From: Desulfosoma sp.
GTDB lineage: Bacteria > Desulfobacterota > Syntrophobacteria > Syntrophobacterales > DSM-9756
Length of the DNA stretch: 64,000 nt
NCBI GenBank assembly: GCA_037481835.1
Contig: JBBFKW010000007.1
Coordinates: 116,247 to 180,246 of the forward strand
Reading direction: 5' to 3'
Below the pieces are notes generated by a model. The model was given only the letters and a program-made list of their open reading frames with translations, was not told where the DNA came from and made no database searches. This document shows positions 19,673-29,923 of the stretch, piece after piece; within the stretch, counting starts at the first letter, position 1, and the number at the start of each line of letters is the position of its first letter. The position numbers and the translations under genes were made by a program.

Positions 19673-20935
19673 ATGACTACGGCGCAAGCAACCGTGGATA
19701 GGGTACCGGGCAAAGCCTGGCAGGTGGTGGTGGCCGGAATTGTGGTCAACCTCTGCTTAGGGTGTCTCTATGCCTGGAGTGTGTGGGTCAAGTACCTTAC
19801 GGACAAGGATCTCATGACGGCACAGGGTTGGGCGCCGCTGACGGCGGAACAGGCATCCAACCCGGCGTCCTTGTGTATTTTGATCTTCGCTTTGCTCATG
19901 ATCCCGGGCGGCCGCATTCAAGACCGGTACGGACCGACCATTGCCGCCTCCATCGGCGGTATCGCCATCGGACTCGGGCTGATCCTCGCGGGGCTCATGA
20001 AGAGTTATACGGGGATCCTCCTGGGGTTCGGCATTGGCGGGGGGATCGGTATGGGAGTGGGTTATGCGGCGCCGACCCCTGCGGCCTTGAAATGGTTCGG
20101 CCCTCACAAACGAGGGCTCATCGCGGGTTTGGTTGTGAGCGGTTACGGGTTGGCCGCCTTTTATGTGGCTCCCGTGGCCAACTGGCTCATCACCACCTAC
20201 AGCATGAGCGCATCCTTCTATGTTCTCGGGGTGGCGTATTTGGTGGTGATCCTCATTGCGGCGCAATTTTTGGCATGGCCCGAGCCCGGCTATGTGCCTC
20301 CGCAGCCTTCGGCCGCTGTCTCGGCCGCAAAGGCAAGCACCCAGACCCGGGCCGATTGGACCGCAGGGGAAATGCTTAAGACCTGGCAGTTCTATGCGCT
20401 TGTCGTCATGTTCTGCATCAACACCCAGGCGGGGCTTTTGCTCATCGGCCATGTGAACAAGATGATCTCGGGGATCATGAAAGCGGGATACCTTCTGGTT
20501 TCCTGGGGGGCCGTGTTCAATTCCGTGGGCCGGATCGGCACGGGCATCATTTCCGACAAGATCGGGCGAACCAACGGCCTCATCGTGAACTACATCGCCG
20601 CGGCCGTCGTCATGTTTTTGCTGCCCTACTTGTTCGGTCTCAAGAACGTTCCTCTGCTGTTCCTCGCCTGCGCCGTCGGTTTCTGGTGCTACGGGGGCGG
20701 GCTTTCCCTGTTTCCGTCTTTTACGGCGGACTTTTACGGTCCAAAGAACTTGGGATTCAACTACGGGCTGGTATTCATCGGGTGGGGTCTGGGAGCTTTC
20801 ATGCCCAAGCTGGCCGGCCGCATTTATGACAGGTATCAGTCCTATGATTATGCGTTCTACATCGCCGGGGTCCTGCTCATTGCAGGCATCATCCTGGCCC
20901 TCGTGACCAAGCGGCCCAGATACTCCACGGAATAA
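19673..20935 (+). CDS. OFA-family MFS transporter, copy 2
   Basis: Paralogue of 12090-13373 sharing ALLMIPGGRIQD, YAAPTPAALKWFGPHKRGL, GPKNLGFNYGLVF. Confidence 0.9.
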   Translation: MTTAQATVDRVPGKAWQVVVAGIVVNLCLGCLYAWSVWVKYLTDKDLMTAQGWAPLTAEQASNPASLCILIFALLMIPGGRIQDRYGPTIAASIGGIAIGLGLILAGLMKSYTGILLGFGIGGGIGMGVGYAAPTPAALKWFGPHKRGLIAGLVVSGYGLAAFYVAPVANWLITTYSMSASFYVLGVAYLVVILIAAQFLAWPEPGYVPPQPSAAVSAAKASTQTRADWTAGEMLKTWQFYALVVMFCINTQAGLLLIGHVNKMISGIMKAGYLLVSWGAVFNSVGRIGTGIISDKIGRTNGLIVNYIAAAVVMFLLPYLFGLKNVPLLFLACAVGFWCYGGGLSLFPSFTADFYGPKNLGFNYGLVFIGWGLGAFMPKLAGRIYDRYQSYDYAFYIAGVLLIAGIILALVTKRPRYSTE

Positions 20936-21093
20936 CCGCGTTTTTTCCATGGGGGCCTCCGGAGAGTGGGCACAATCGGGGAGCGGGCGTGCGCCTGCTC
21001 CTTTTTTCGTCTTTCTCCTGTTTGTCATCGTGTGGACCGTGTTCCCAGGACTGGAGTAAGGGCCTCCCAGAGGGGGGAGAAGGGCGATCCCCA

Positions 21094-22425
21094 ATGTTGC
21101 GATCGGGAACGGTTTTGGTCGTCGGCTGTCGTGAGGACGAGCTGAAAGTTCTTTCGGGCATGCTGGCGCAGTTGGACGGGGCCCTTGTGGTCCAGCCCGT
21201 GGACGCTTCGGATGAGCAGGAGCTGGGTCGAATCCCGGAAGTGCGCCTTGTGATCTTTCGGGTGGGGGCCCAGGAGAGCCGGCCGGATGTGGCCGTGCAG
21301 AAGCTCAGGAATGCCTTGGGGCGAAACGTTCCCCTCATGACGTTGGTGCCTTCGGGCAAAGCACAGAGGGTTCGGGACATCCTGCGAGCCGGAGCCGATG
21401 ATTATTGGATTTTGCCTATGGACGAAAACGCCCTCCCCATCCGGCTCCAGGTTCTCTTGGAATGGGGGCATCGCATCAGGGAAACCATGCGCACCACAAG
21501 CCCCAGCCGCGACGGGATCTTGCATCGTCTTGGAAATCGCACCCGACGGGTTCTTGAGAAACTTTTCGGGCCTGGCGCTCCCGCGGGGCAGACTCAGGAA
21601 GAGGCCTCGGTGGATACGGCTCGGTTCGTGGACCGCTGGGAAAAGCTCCGGCGGCTCGGCTTCGGCAGTTTCGGCGAAGTGTGGTTGCTGCGTGACAGAG
21701 ACGCCGGGGAGATGGCCGTGGCCAAGATTCCTCATGAAGAGCGACTCAACCGAAAATTTTTGGTGGAAGCGGCCATCCTGGGGCGGCTGAAGGATCACCC
21801 CAATGCGGTCAAGCTCTTGGATGTGGTCAAAATCGGCGGCAAAGTGGTCTTGATTCAGGAATACGTTTCAGGCAAGTCCTTCCAGGAACTCATCGACGAA
21901 GGGCTGGACGCCTTGGGCAAGGAAAAGTACTACCTGCAGCTGCTGGATGTGGTGGCGTACGCCCATCGGCATCACATCATGCACCGGGACATCAAGCCGG
22001 AAAACATCCTCGTCACTCCCCAAGGGGTTTTGAAACTCCTGGATTTCGGAACGGCCAAAGATGTGACGCGCCGCAGCATCAGCAGTACGGTCATAGGGTC
22101 GCGCCCTTACATGGCCCCGGAACAGATCATGGGGCGCAGCCGTCTGGCCAGCGACGTATGGGCCTTGGGGGTGATCCTCTATGCTCTGGCCACCGAGTTC
22201 CTGCCCTTTTATTCGGAAAACGAAAAAGAATTAATGGACCTCATCCTGGAATCCCCGCCCCAGCCCCCGAGAGACCTGGTGCCCCAAATCCCGGAGGCCC
22301 TGGAACGCATCATCCTTCGATGTCTGGAAAAGGACTGGAAGAACCGCTACCATAACGCGGGGATCCTGCAAAAGGCGTTGTTGGAAACCTTTCCCCACTT
22401 CGGAACGGGCCGGACCCTTCCTTGA
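21094..22425 (+). CDS. Hanks-type Ser/Thr protein kinase with N-terminal pseudo-receiver domain
   Basis: GFGSFG, VAK, HRDIKPEN, DFG, APE, DVWALG intact; N-terminus REC-like (LRAGADDY) without the acidic pocket or Lys. Confidence 0.9.
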   Translation: MLRSGTVLVVGCREDELKVLSGMLAQLDGALVVQPVDASDEQELGRIPEVRLVIFRVGAQESRPDVAVQKLRNALGRNVPLMTLVPSGKAQRVRDILRAGADDYWILPMDENALPIRLQVLLEWGHRIRETMRTTSPSRDGILHRLGNRTRRVLEKLFGPGAPAGQTQEEASVDTARFVDRWEKLRRLGFGSFGEVWLLRDRDAGEMAVAKIPHEERLNRKFLVEAAILGRLKDHPNAVKLLDVVKIGGKVVLIQEYVSGKSFQELIDEGLDALGKEKYYLQLLDVVAYAHRHHIMHRDIKPENILVTPQGVLKLLDFGTAKDVTRRSISSTVIGSRPYMAPEQIMGRSRLASDVWALGVILYALATEFLPFYSENEKELMDLILESPPQPPRDLVPQIPEALERIILRCLEKDWKNRYHNAGILQKALLETFPHFGTGRTLP

Positions 22426-22431
22426 GCCTCC

Positions 22432-23013
22432 TCACAGAGCTTCCAGCGGCTTGAGCGTTCCCCATCGCGGGTCGTAGTGGGCCGTCACATCGCAGATCAT
22501 GATCAGGATGTCCACGTTGCGCTGGTGGATGTCCTTGACCAGCCCCTCGATGACCGCCTTGCAGCCGAAGCCCGCGTTGCGGAAGGCTCGAATGGCTCCC
22601 GGGGAATCCAAGGGAATTTCGGCCCAGAGTTTTTCCAACCCGATTTCTGACGCCAGGGCCACGAGTTCATTGAGCATGACGGTGGCGAGCCCCTTGTTTT
22701 GGTATTTGGGGGAGACCACGGTGCGCACTTCCCCGATGTGGCGTTTCCAGCCGTGGGGAATGAGGTGGAGGGTTACATCGGCGGCGATCTCGTCCCCGAC
22801 CCAGGCGAGCAGCGGCAAGACGCGGCGGTAATCCAGTTCACTGACCCACTGGTGAAGGACTTGTGGGTCCCGCACATTGTGCCGCACGTAAAGAAGCATT
22901 TCGTCGGAGAGATTTCGGAAGAAGCCATAGAGCGCATCGCCGTCGTCACGGGTCATCAACCGAACGTTCACCGGCGTGCCGTCCTTGAGCAGAACCTGTT
23001 TGCTTCCAAACAT
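22432..23013 (-). CDS. GNAT family N-acetyltransferase (Pat-like GNAT domain)
   Basis: LKDGTPVNVR start; VSPKYQNKGLA acetyl-CoA motif A. Confidence 0.85.
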   Translation of the reverse strand: MFGSKQVLLKDGTPVNVRLMTRDDGDALYGFFRNLSDEMLLYVRHNVRDPQVLHQWVSELDYRRVLPLLAWVGDEIAADVTLHLIPHGWKRHIGEVRTVVSPKYQNKGLATVMLNELVALASEIGLEKLWAEIPLDSPGAIRAFRNAGFGCKAVIEGLVKDIHQRNVDILIMICDVTAHYDPRWGTLKPLEAL

Positions 23014-23065
23014 CGTCTGTCCTCTCATGCTGAAAGCCCCCCTCCCGGAAACTTCCCCGATTCTC

Positions 23066-23815
23066 TTAAACACCGTCTTGCAAGCGCAAAGCGAGGTACT
23101 CGGGAAGCCCCGCTCTGAGAATCTTTTCCTGGGCGCGCTTCACGTCGTAGGGAACGGCTCGAAAGGTCACAGCGTAACGGTCGGTATCGAAAATCAGGAA
23201 ACAGGCCCGACTGTCCCTTTGGCGCGGCTGTCCCACGCTGCCCGGGTTGATAAGGTAGAGGTCTTGCGGGTTCAGCACCAGGGTTTTTTCAGACAAGTCG
23301 TAGGAAAGCACTTTTCCCCGAAGGTCCTGGACCCAGACCTTTTGCTGGTGGGTGTGCCCGAAAAAACACAAGCGAACGTCGGGGAATTTTTTCCTCATGA
23401 GATTGAAGATGCGCCGTGCCTGGTAGAGATTGAGAATGTAGGAATGGGGGCTTTCGGGCGTGCCATGGCACAGGAGCGCCCCGCCTTCCATGGTCCGACA
23501 GAGGGGCAGGGTGTGGAGTTGGGCGAGGTGGGACGAGTTGAGCTGTTGGATGGTGTAGTGGATGGCTTCGTAAGCGAGCACGTTGAAGGATTCGGCGATT
23601 TGGGGATCCAGGGCGGCCAGATCGTGATTGCCTTGAACCCCACGGGCCTGACAGTCTCTCAGGACTTCCAAACAGGCCGTCGGGTCTGCGTTGTAGCCTA
23701 CCACGTCTCCCAGATGCCAAAAGACCTCCACCCCGGCGGTGCGAGCGGCCTTGATCACACTTTCCAGCGCTTCCAGGTTTCCGTGAATGTCTGAAAGAAT
23801 GGCGACTCGCGCCAT
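23066..23815 (-). CDS. Calcineurin-like metallophosphoesterase
   Basis: SDIHGN, GDVVGY, GNHD, CHG, GHTH, NPGSVGQPR motifs. Confidence 0.92.
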   Translation of the reverse strand: MARVAILSDIHGNLEALESVIKAARTAGVEVFWHLGDVVGYNADPTACLEVLRDCQARGVQGNHDLAALDPQIAESFNVLAYEAIHYTIQQLNSSHLAQLHTLPLCRTMEGGALLCHGTPESPHSYILNLYQARRIFNLMRKKFPDVRLCFFGHTHQQKVWVQDLRGKVLSYDLSEKTLVLNPQDLYLINPGSVGQPRQRDSRACFLIFDTDRYAVTFRAVPYDVKRAQEKILRAGLPEYLALRLQDGV

Positions 23816-23856
23816 GGGAGCCCTCTTAATGCAAGAGTAAAACTCTTTCGGCCACC

Positions 23857-23908
23857 TGTAGGAACGGCTTTGGCCGCGACCCGGATCGGCGGCAAGCCGG
23901 TTCCAACA
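23857..23908. repeat. Degenerate GTAG-type REP doublet (second family)
   Basis: TGTAGGAACGGCTTTGGCCGCGA ... TCGGCGGCAAGCCGGTTCCAACA imperfect inverted pair. Confidence 0.55.
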
Positions 23909-23969
23909 GAGGGGGCTTCCTCGGTTCGATCTTTAACGCCGGCCTATGGCGCAAGAGCGACCGGGATCG

Positions 23970-26684
23970 TTACAAGACCAAAACGGGTTCCCGCAAAATC
24001 CGGTCGATGGCTTCCCGCGCCGATGCCGCAAGCTTCGGATGGGTTTCCGTAAGGGATTCCACCTGTCGGAGGTGATCCGCCGTTCGAAGGATCACCATGG
24101 TCAGGTCTCCCTCGTCGATTCCCGTAAGGTTCTTAACCACATCCCACCGTTCCCCCTTCGCCCAATGGAACACGGTCACCACCGTCCAGAAAGGCAGCGG
24201 CGGTGTTTCAAAACCTTCGGCATGCAGCCGATCTCTGAGGGGATGAAGGGTCTGCATCATGGCGAAATAGGGTTTGGCCAAATCGGGATATTTCCAGATG
24301 AGGGACGACAATTGGGATTCGCCGGGGCGGTCTCTGTCCATGACGAAAGGCGCCATGAGGGCGGCCAGAAGGGCCGGATCGGATTCCGGAAAAACCCGCT
24401 TGCGAATCACTTCGGAAACCAGGAGAGGCTGATCCAGACGGAGTTTGGACGCCCACAGGCCGTCTTCCGTGAGATGGCCTTGGGCCGTGACGTAGCCTTC
24501 CTCCTGGAGGATCCGCAAGTGGTGGCTGAAGGATCGCCACAGGGCTTCCTGAACGGAGAGGATGTGAGATCGGTGGGTGAAATACGTCTGAAGAAGTCTC
24601 GTAAACGGGTGCTTGGACCCTTTCTGGCATGGGCCGAACAGTTCGCAGCGGGAGCACGGGAGGCTGTCTTTGGCCAGCGCCCGCCGGGCCATCTCCTGGG
24701 TCCCGGACGTCAGGGCCTGAGGCTTTTCGCCCAGATGGACCGGGCCGAAAAGGGACGGAAAGGGTGTGTCGGCCATCTTTTCAACCAGGCGTTCCCAACC
24801 TCTTCGATCGGATAATGCCGGCAGTTCCTCCAATTTCTTTCCCAGGTCTCGAATCTGGCGGATGCGCACCCAATGCGGCTCCAGCCCGTGGGCGCGCCAG
24901 GCGAGCGGGAGGCGCAAGCGCGCGGCTTGGATGCGCTCATCCCCTTTGTCGGCGCGCTCCAGGACCACGTAGGGGGTCCCCCGCCGGTTCAGAAAAAGCC
25001 GCCCCGGCACCAACAAACCCTGGGTGGCCCACATCAAGGCCTGGTTCCGGGCGGCACGATGGGCTTTGCGTTGTTCTTCCTCGAGGCGCATGAACAGGGG
25101 ACGCACCTCGGCCAGAGCGTCCATGGACCCGCACGCCATGAGCGGTTCCCACTGGGAAAGTTCCCGCTGAAAGGCTTCGACCATGGCCGCCACGGAAGTT
25201 TCTTTGCCCAGGTGCTGGTAGGTGGCCAGGCTGCGCGAAAACAGTTCTCGGATTTCCGCCGGTTCGTGAGACAGAAGGAGGTTCAAGGCCATGGAAAAGT
25301 TCACGCGGATCTGGCTTTCGATGGGATCGGGCGGTGATTTCAACAGATCATGGATGAGCTGCGGGTTTTGGTACCGGCCAGGGGTCACGAGGACGAAGCC
25401 GATCTTGTCCATACCGCGCCGGCCGGCTCGTCCCGTCATCTGCAAGAGATCGGTGGCGGACAAGTCCACGAATTCGCGGCCGTTGAACCGGTCGCTTTGC
25501 GGGATGACCACCGTTCGGGCCGGGAAATTGACTCCTGCGGCCACGGTGGACGTGGAGAAAATGGCTTCGAGCCAGCCTTCCTGCATGAGGTTTTCCAGCA
25601 GAAGTTTCCAATGGGGCAGTTGCCCCGCGTGATGCGCCCCGACCCGGGAGCGTTTCAGAATGGAGAGGTGTTTGTGGTCCTTGAGGAAAGGCCATTTTTC
25701 CAGCAATTCGTGAAGCCTTCGCCTAAAGGCCCGGGCGTCGAAACCCGCGCATCGAGGGGCCGGCGGACACATGGTGATGGCCTTTTCGCAATCTGCGCGG
25801 GATTTGAGGAAAAAGATGGCGGGCAGAAGATCGGCCGTGCGCAGGGTTTCCAAGATGAGAGGAACTTCGGGGAAGTCTTTTCGAGCGAATTGCCTCGGAT
25901 CCAAATCGCCGATGGGACCGTACAGGCCCCGGCGCCCGCCCAGGGGCGTCAGCTCCCCGTTGGGAAAAAGGAAGAGCGGATACAGGGGCACCGGGCGTTC
26001 CACGGCGTTGACCCACAGGCAGGGGGACTTGCGCAGCCACATGAGCCATTGACAGACCTGCTCGGCATTGCGGATGGTGGCGGAAAGGAGCAGGAGGCGC
26101 ACGCGATTGGGCAGGTAGATGAGCACCTCTTCCCAGACGACGCCACGGTCCTGGTCCCCCAAGTAATGGGCCTCGTCCATGACCACCAGATCAACGGCCA
26201 GATCCTCACCCCGGTGCATGGCGTCATAGAGCTGGTTCCTGAGGATTTCGGTGGTGCCGACGATAATGGGCGCGTCGGGGTTTTCTTTCCTGTCCCCGGT
26301 GAGGATCCCCACGTTTTCCATGCCGAAAACACGGGAAAACTCCTCGAGCTTGGCGTTGGACAGGGCCTTGAGCGGGGAGGCGTACCAGCTGCGGCCCCCT
26401 TTGGAAAAGATTTCCCGGATGGCTTCGATGGCGATATAGGTCTTTCCGGACCCTGTGGGTGCGGTGACGAGCACGTCGGCGGTGCGTACCTTTTCGATGG
26501 CTTCCCGTTGGAACGGATCAGGCGTAAAGGGTTCCGGCTTTGGCACGCCGATCTGGGTCAGGACCTTACGCACCGCGGGCGCGATCTTGACGCGGAACTG
26601 CGGTTCCCGAGGGCTGATGGGGCCTTGGGCTTTTTTTCCAGAGGGTTTTTTCCGGCGATGAAGAGGTCGCGTTCGGGTTTTCAA
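23970..26684 (-). CDS. Ski2-like (HelY-type) DEAH-box RNA helicase
   Basis: APTGSGKT, SPLKALSN, GILTGD, TTEILRN, DEAH, LSAT, HHAG, QMTGRAGRRG; helical C-terminal domain. Confidence 0.92.
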   Translation of the reverse strand: MKTRTRPLHRRKKPSGKKAQGPISPREPQFRVKIAPAVRKVLTQIGVPKPEPFTPDPFQREAIEKVRTADVLVTAPTGSGKTYIAIEAIREIFSKGGRSWYASPLKALSNAKLEEFSRVFGMENVGILTGDRKENPDAPIIVGTTEILRNQLYDAMHRGEDLAVDLVVMDEAHYLGDQDRGVVWEEVLIYLPNRVRLLLLSATIRNAEQVCQWLMWLRKSPCLWVNAVERPVPLYPLFLFPNGELTPLGGRRGLYGPIGDLDPRQFARKDFPEVPLILETLRTADLLPAIFFLKSRADCEKAITMCPPAPRCAGFDARAFRRRLHELLEKWPFLKDHKHLSILKRSRVGAHHAGQLPHWKLLLENLMQEGWLEAIFSTSTVAAGVNFPARTVVIPQSDRFNGREFVDLSATDLLQMTGRAGRRGMDKIGFVLVTPGRYQNPQLIHDLLKSPPDPIESQIRVNFSMALNLLLSHEPAEIRELFSRSLATYQHLGKETSVAAMVEAFQRELSQWEPLMACGSMDALAEVRPLFMRLEEEQRKAHRAARNQALMWATQGLLVPGRLFLNRRGTPYVVLERADKGDERIQAARLRLPLAWRAHGLEPHWVRIRQIRDLGKKLEELPALSDRRGWERLVEKMADTPFPSLFGPVHLGEKPQALTSGTQEMARRALAKDSLPCSRCELFGPCQKGSKHPFTRLLQTYFTHRSHILSVQEALWRSFSHHLRILQEEGYVTAQGHLTEDGLWASKLRLDQPLLVSEVIRKRVFPESDPALLAALMAPFVMDRDRPGESQLSSLIWKYPDLAKPYFAMMQTLHPLRDRLHAEGFETPPLPFWTVVTVFHWAKGERWDVVKNLTGIDEGDLTMVILRTADHLRQVESLTETHPKLAASAREAIDRILREPVLVL

Positions 26685-26824
26685 AGGGGTCCGCCTTTGG
26701 GAAGCTGTCTTTGTCCGTATCGGGTGCGTGAATCACGATGTATGGCTAACACGGCCCACGCCAGACATCAAGGGCGGATGCCCAGAGGGCGAGAGCGGGT
26801 CAAAAGGTTTCGGGAGGCTGGTCG

Positions 26825-27307
26825 ATGACACGGCACCATGTTGACGCCGTTACCGTTACGGTTGAGGGACCATGGTTCGCTCACCGCGTGCGTGTGCCCC
26901 TTTTCGAAGTGGATCTGGGGCAGGGCGTCTATCACGGAAATTATTTTCACCTGTTTGAAATCGGTCGGGAAGCCTTCTTCAGGGCCTTAGGGTACCCTTA
27001 CAGCCTTTTGATGGCCGACGGTTTGCACTTGACCGTGGGATCCTTGCAGTGTCGTTACCGTGCGTCCTTGCACTACGACGAGGAAATCGAGGTGCAAACG
27101 GCCGTGAACCGCCTCGGGCGGCGCAGTCTTTCCCTCGCCCACCGAATTCAGCGGCTCGCCCATTCCGGGGTGCCGGAAACCACAACCGAAGCCGTCATGA
27201 ACTTCGTCTGCGTTCGCGAAGGCACGCCCGTGCCGTTGCCGGAACGGTTTTCGCAAAACCTGCGCCGCTGGATGGGGCACGATCCCGAGCTTTTTGAAAA
27301 GGCTTGA
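26825..27307 (+). CDS. Acyl-CoA thioesterase (YbgC/4HBT family)
   Basis: EVDLGQGVYHGNYFHLFEIGR hot-dog motif. Confidence 0.85.
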   Translation: MTRHHVDAVTVTVEGPWFAHRVRVPLFEVDLGQGVYHGNYFHLFEIGREAFFRALGYPYSLLMADGLHLTVGSLQCRYRASLHYDEEIEVQTAVNRLGRRSLSLAHRIQRLAHSGVPETTTEAVMNFVCVREGTPVPLPERFSQNLRRWMGHDPELFEKA

Positions 27308-27322
27308 TGGAAGACTGCCCCG

Positions 27323-28072
27323 CTACCGCGACGCCGCCAGTTCGTAGCGACGAATTTCAGGGTCCGGCTTAATCGTGGAGACGACGGCGAACAGGCGGCC
27401 TCGGACTCCCAGTTTGTCGGCGAGCTTTTCCGGCACCTCGACGGGCTGCACCGAACACGGCTGCCTCTGGACGATGCGGTCGTGTCCGTCGTAGAGAATG
27501 AGCTCAAAGCGTTTCCCGCTCAAATCCTCTTGGATGTTCACGAGGTACTTGACGACCAAGACGGCCCCGTTCTTGTGCACGCGCATCCACTGGGCCAAGT
27601 CCCCCTTGGGGGTGAGGCTGGTTCGGTAGAGCCGGAAAGCTTCGCGGGGCTCCTGGGAAGGCGCCGCGCTCGACAGAATTTGCGTGAGCTCTTCGGCGCT
27701 CAGGGGCTCCCCGGACGGCGGGGAAGGCGGGCCTTGTTTCAAGAGCGCCGCCCATTCCTTCTGCTGAGCGGGGTCCGACGCCGCGGCCGTGCGCAGGCGC
27801 GAGCCGGCGGTGTTGTACGCGATTTCCGATCCCGCGACGATTTCCTGGATGCTGCGCACCTGGCTTTTGGGGATGCCCGCAACACCTCCGGGAATTTCAA
27901 AAAAGACGGTCTCCTTGGCTTCCCAGCAATAGGGGACCTCCACCCGATTGCCGTCGTTCAACGTGATCCTGAACTTGGCCGCCCAAACTCCCGGGGGACC
28001 GAGAACCCCAAAAACCGCCATTACGGCGAGAACCTTCAACCACAATCCGCCATGTCCTTTTTCCCGTGCCAT
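27323..28072 (-). CDS. Exported hypothetical protein
   Basis: Signal peptide; ITLNDG...GIPKSQVRSIQE small beta-barrel-like N-domain; GGAGG RBS. Confidence 0.7.
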   Translation of the reverse strand: MAREKGHGGLWLKVLAVMAVFGVLGPPGVWAAKFRITLNDGNRVEVPYCWEAKETVFFEIPGGVAGIPKSQVRSIQEIVAGSEIAYNTAGSRLRTAAASDPAQQKEWAALLKQGPPSPPSGEPLSAEELTQILSSAAPSQEPREAFRLYRTSLTPKGDLAQWMRVHKNGAVLVVKYLVNIQEDLSGKRFELILYDGHDRIVQRQPCSVQPVEVPEKLADKLGVRGRLFAVVSTIKPDPEIRRYELAASR

Positions 28073-28409
28073 CAGGGCAACCTCCCTTTCCGGGTTCCAT
28101 AAACATCAAGGCGTTCAATGCCTGCCGGCGCCTCCATGAAAGAATTTGCCATACGCGGGGCTCTTCTGGAATGGCTCTTTTGCACACGAAAAATCGTTGA
28201 GGCGCACAACGGGGAAAACGCCTCACCAACGGCGAAAGGTCCTCCTGTCGTTTGCCGTCGACGCTTGGTTCTGGTATAGACACAAAGCGTTGCTCATGAG
28301 CCTTTCGTTCCACGGCGCAGAAGCGTAGAATAAGTGTGCCAAAATTCAGGCCGTCGGCCAATGAGAATGTGGAGCGCATCCCCTTTCATGTGCGGAGGAT
28401 CCCCCTTAC

Positions 28410-29867
28410 GTGATTGAAGCCCTGAAAAATCTGTTTCGACGCCTTGTGCCGTGGGGACGCCCCGATCCCCAGACGGTGACGGAAGAAACCCCTGTTTCGG
28501 AACCGGAACCGGCGCTGCCCCAGCCGAGAAAAGCGCGGGAGGAGCTGGCGGCCGGTCTGCCTTTTGAGGAATTGGGCCTTTCGCCTCCGGTGCTCCAGGG
28601 ACTCCACGAGGCCGGTTTCTATCGGTGCACCCCCATTCAGGAAAGATCCCTTCCCGTCACCCTCAAAGGCAAAGACATCGCGGCACAGGCGCAGACAGGA
28701 TCGGGCAAGACGGCCGTCTTCCTCATCACCATCTTTGAAAATTTGCTCAAGCGCCAGCCCCTCGCCCCCGCTTGCCATGCGCTCATCCTGGCCCCCACGC
28801 GGGAACTGGCCCTCCAGATCCAAGCCGACGGGCAGCTCCTCGGGCGCCATTGCCCTTTTCGACTGGCGGCCATTTACGGCGGAGTCGGCTACGAAAAACA
28901 GCTCAAAGCCCTTCGGGAAGGCGCCCATATCGTCATCGCCACCCCGGGACGCCTCATCGATCTCATGAAGCAAGGCCACCTCAAGACCGACACCCTCTCC
29001 ATGCTCGTCATCGACGAAGCCGACCGCATGCTCGATATGGGCTTCGTCAAGGACCTGCAATACATCCTGAAACGTCTCCCTCCTTTTCATCGTCGGCAGA
29101 GTATGCTTTTTTCTGCAACACTTTCTCCGCGCGTGCTGGAAATCACCTATCCTTACATGAACGCGCCGGTGGAGACGGCCGTGGATCCCGAAAAGCTCGT
29201 GGTGGAAACGGTCCGCCAGGAACTCTTCCATGTGGCGCGAGCGGAAAAGTTTTCCCTTTTGTTGGGGATCCTGGAAAGGGAAAAGCCGGAGCGCGTCTTG
29301 CTCTTTTGCAACACCAAGGTCCAAACTCTCAAGGTCGCCGAACGGCTCATGGCCAACGGCTACGCCGCCAGGGGCATTACGGGGGATTTGCCCCAGAGCC
29401 GCCGTGTGCAGTTGCTGGAGCGTTTCAAGAAAGGGGACATCAAGATCCTTGCGGCAACGGACGTGGCCTCCCGAGGCCTCCACGTGGAAGACGTCACTCA
29501 CGTCATCAACTACGACGTGCCCCAAGACCCGGAGGAGTACGTCCACCGCATCGGCCGCACGGCCCGCGCCGGCAAGGAAGGCAAGGCCATCACCTTGTGC
29601 GGGGAAGACGACGTCTACGCTTTGGAGAATGTGGAAAACCTCTTGGGTCAGAAGATTCCCGTGGTGTGGCCCGAGGAAGACTGGTTTGTGCCGGATAAGG
29701 CGGACAGTGTGCCGGGAAGACGTGCTTCCCGCGGCAGAAGGCCCCCCTCGGGCAAAAAAGAGGCCATGCCGGCGAAAAACGCGCCGCCCCACCCGAAGAA
29801 AAGGTCGGGACGGGGCAGAAAGAAACCTTCGGAATCCCCGAAAACCCCTGCGCCCAAAGGGCGATGA
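28410..29867 (+). CDS. DEAD-box RNA helicase (RhlB-like)
   Basis: Q motif CTPIQ, AQTGSGKT, PTRELA, TPGRL, DEAD, SAT, HRIGRTAR; basic tail. Confidence 0.95.
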   Translation: MIEALKNLFRRLVPWGRPDPQTVTEETPVSEPEPALPQPRKAREELAAGLPFEELGLSPPVLQGLHEAGFYRCTPIQERSLPVTLKGKDIAAQAQTGSGKTAVFLITIFENLLKRQPLAPACHALILAPTRELALQIQADGQLLGRHCPFRLAAIYGGVGYEKQLKALREGAHIVIATPGRLIDLMKQGHLKTDTLSMLVIDEADRMLDMGFVKDLQYILKRLPPFHRRQSMLFSATLSPRVLEITYPYMNAPVETAVDPEKLVVETVRQELFHVARAEKFSLLLGILEREKPERVLLFCNTKVQTLKVAERLMANGYAARGITGDLPQSRRVQLLERFKKGDIKILAATDVASRGLHVEDVTHVINYDVPQDPEEYVHRIGRTARAGKEGKAITLCGEDDVYALENVENLLGQKIPVVWPEEDWFVPDKADSVPGRRASRGRRPPSGKKEAMPAKNAPPHPKKRSGRGRKKPSESPKTPAPKGR

Positions 29868-29923
29868 ACGCAGAGGCGCCGTCGGAGAGAGGAAAAGACT
29901 TTTCTTAATGGAAGGGACGCCCC

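Noticed and set aside
28326..28342. Minus-strand TTGGCACACTTATTCT as a possible sigma54 promoter
   Set aside because: The -12 GC is missing
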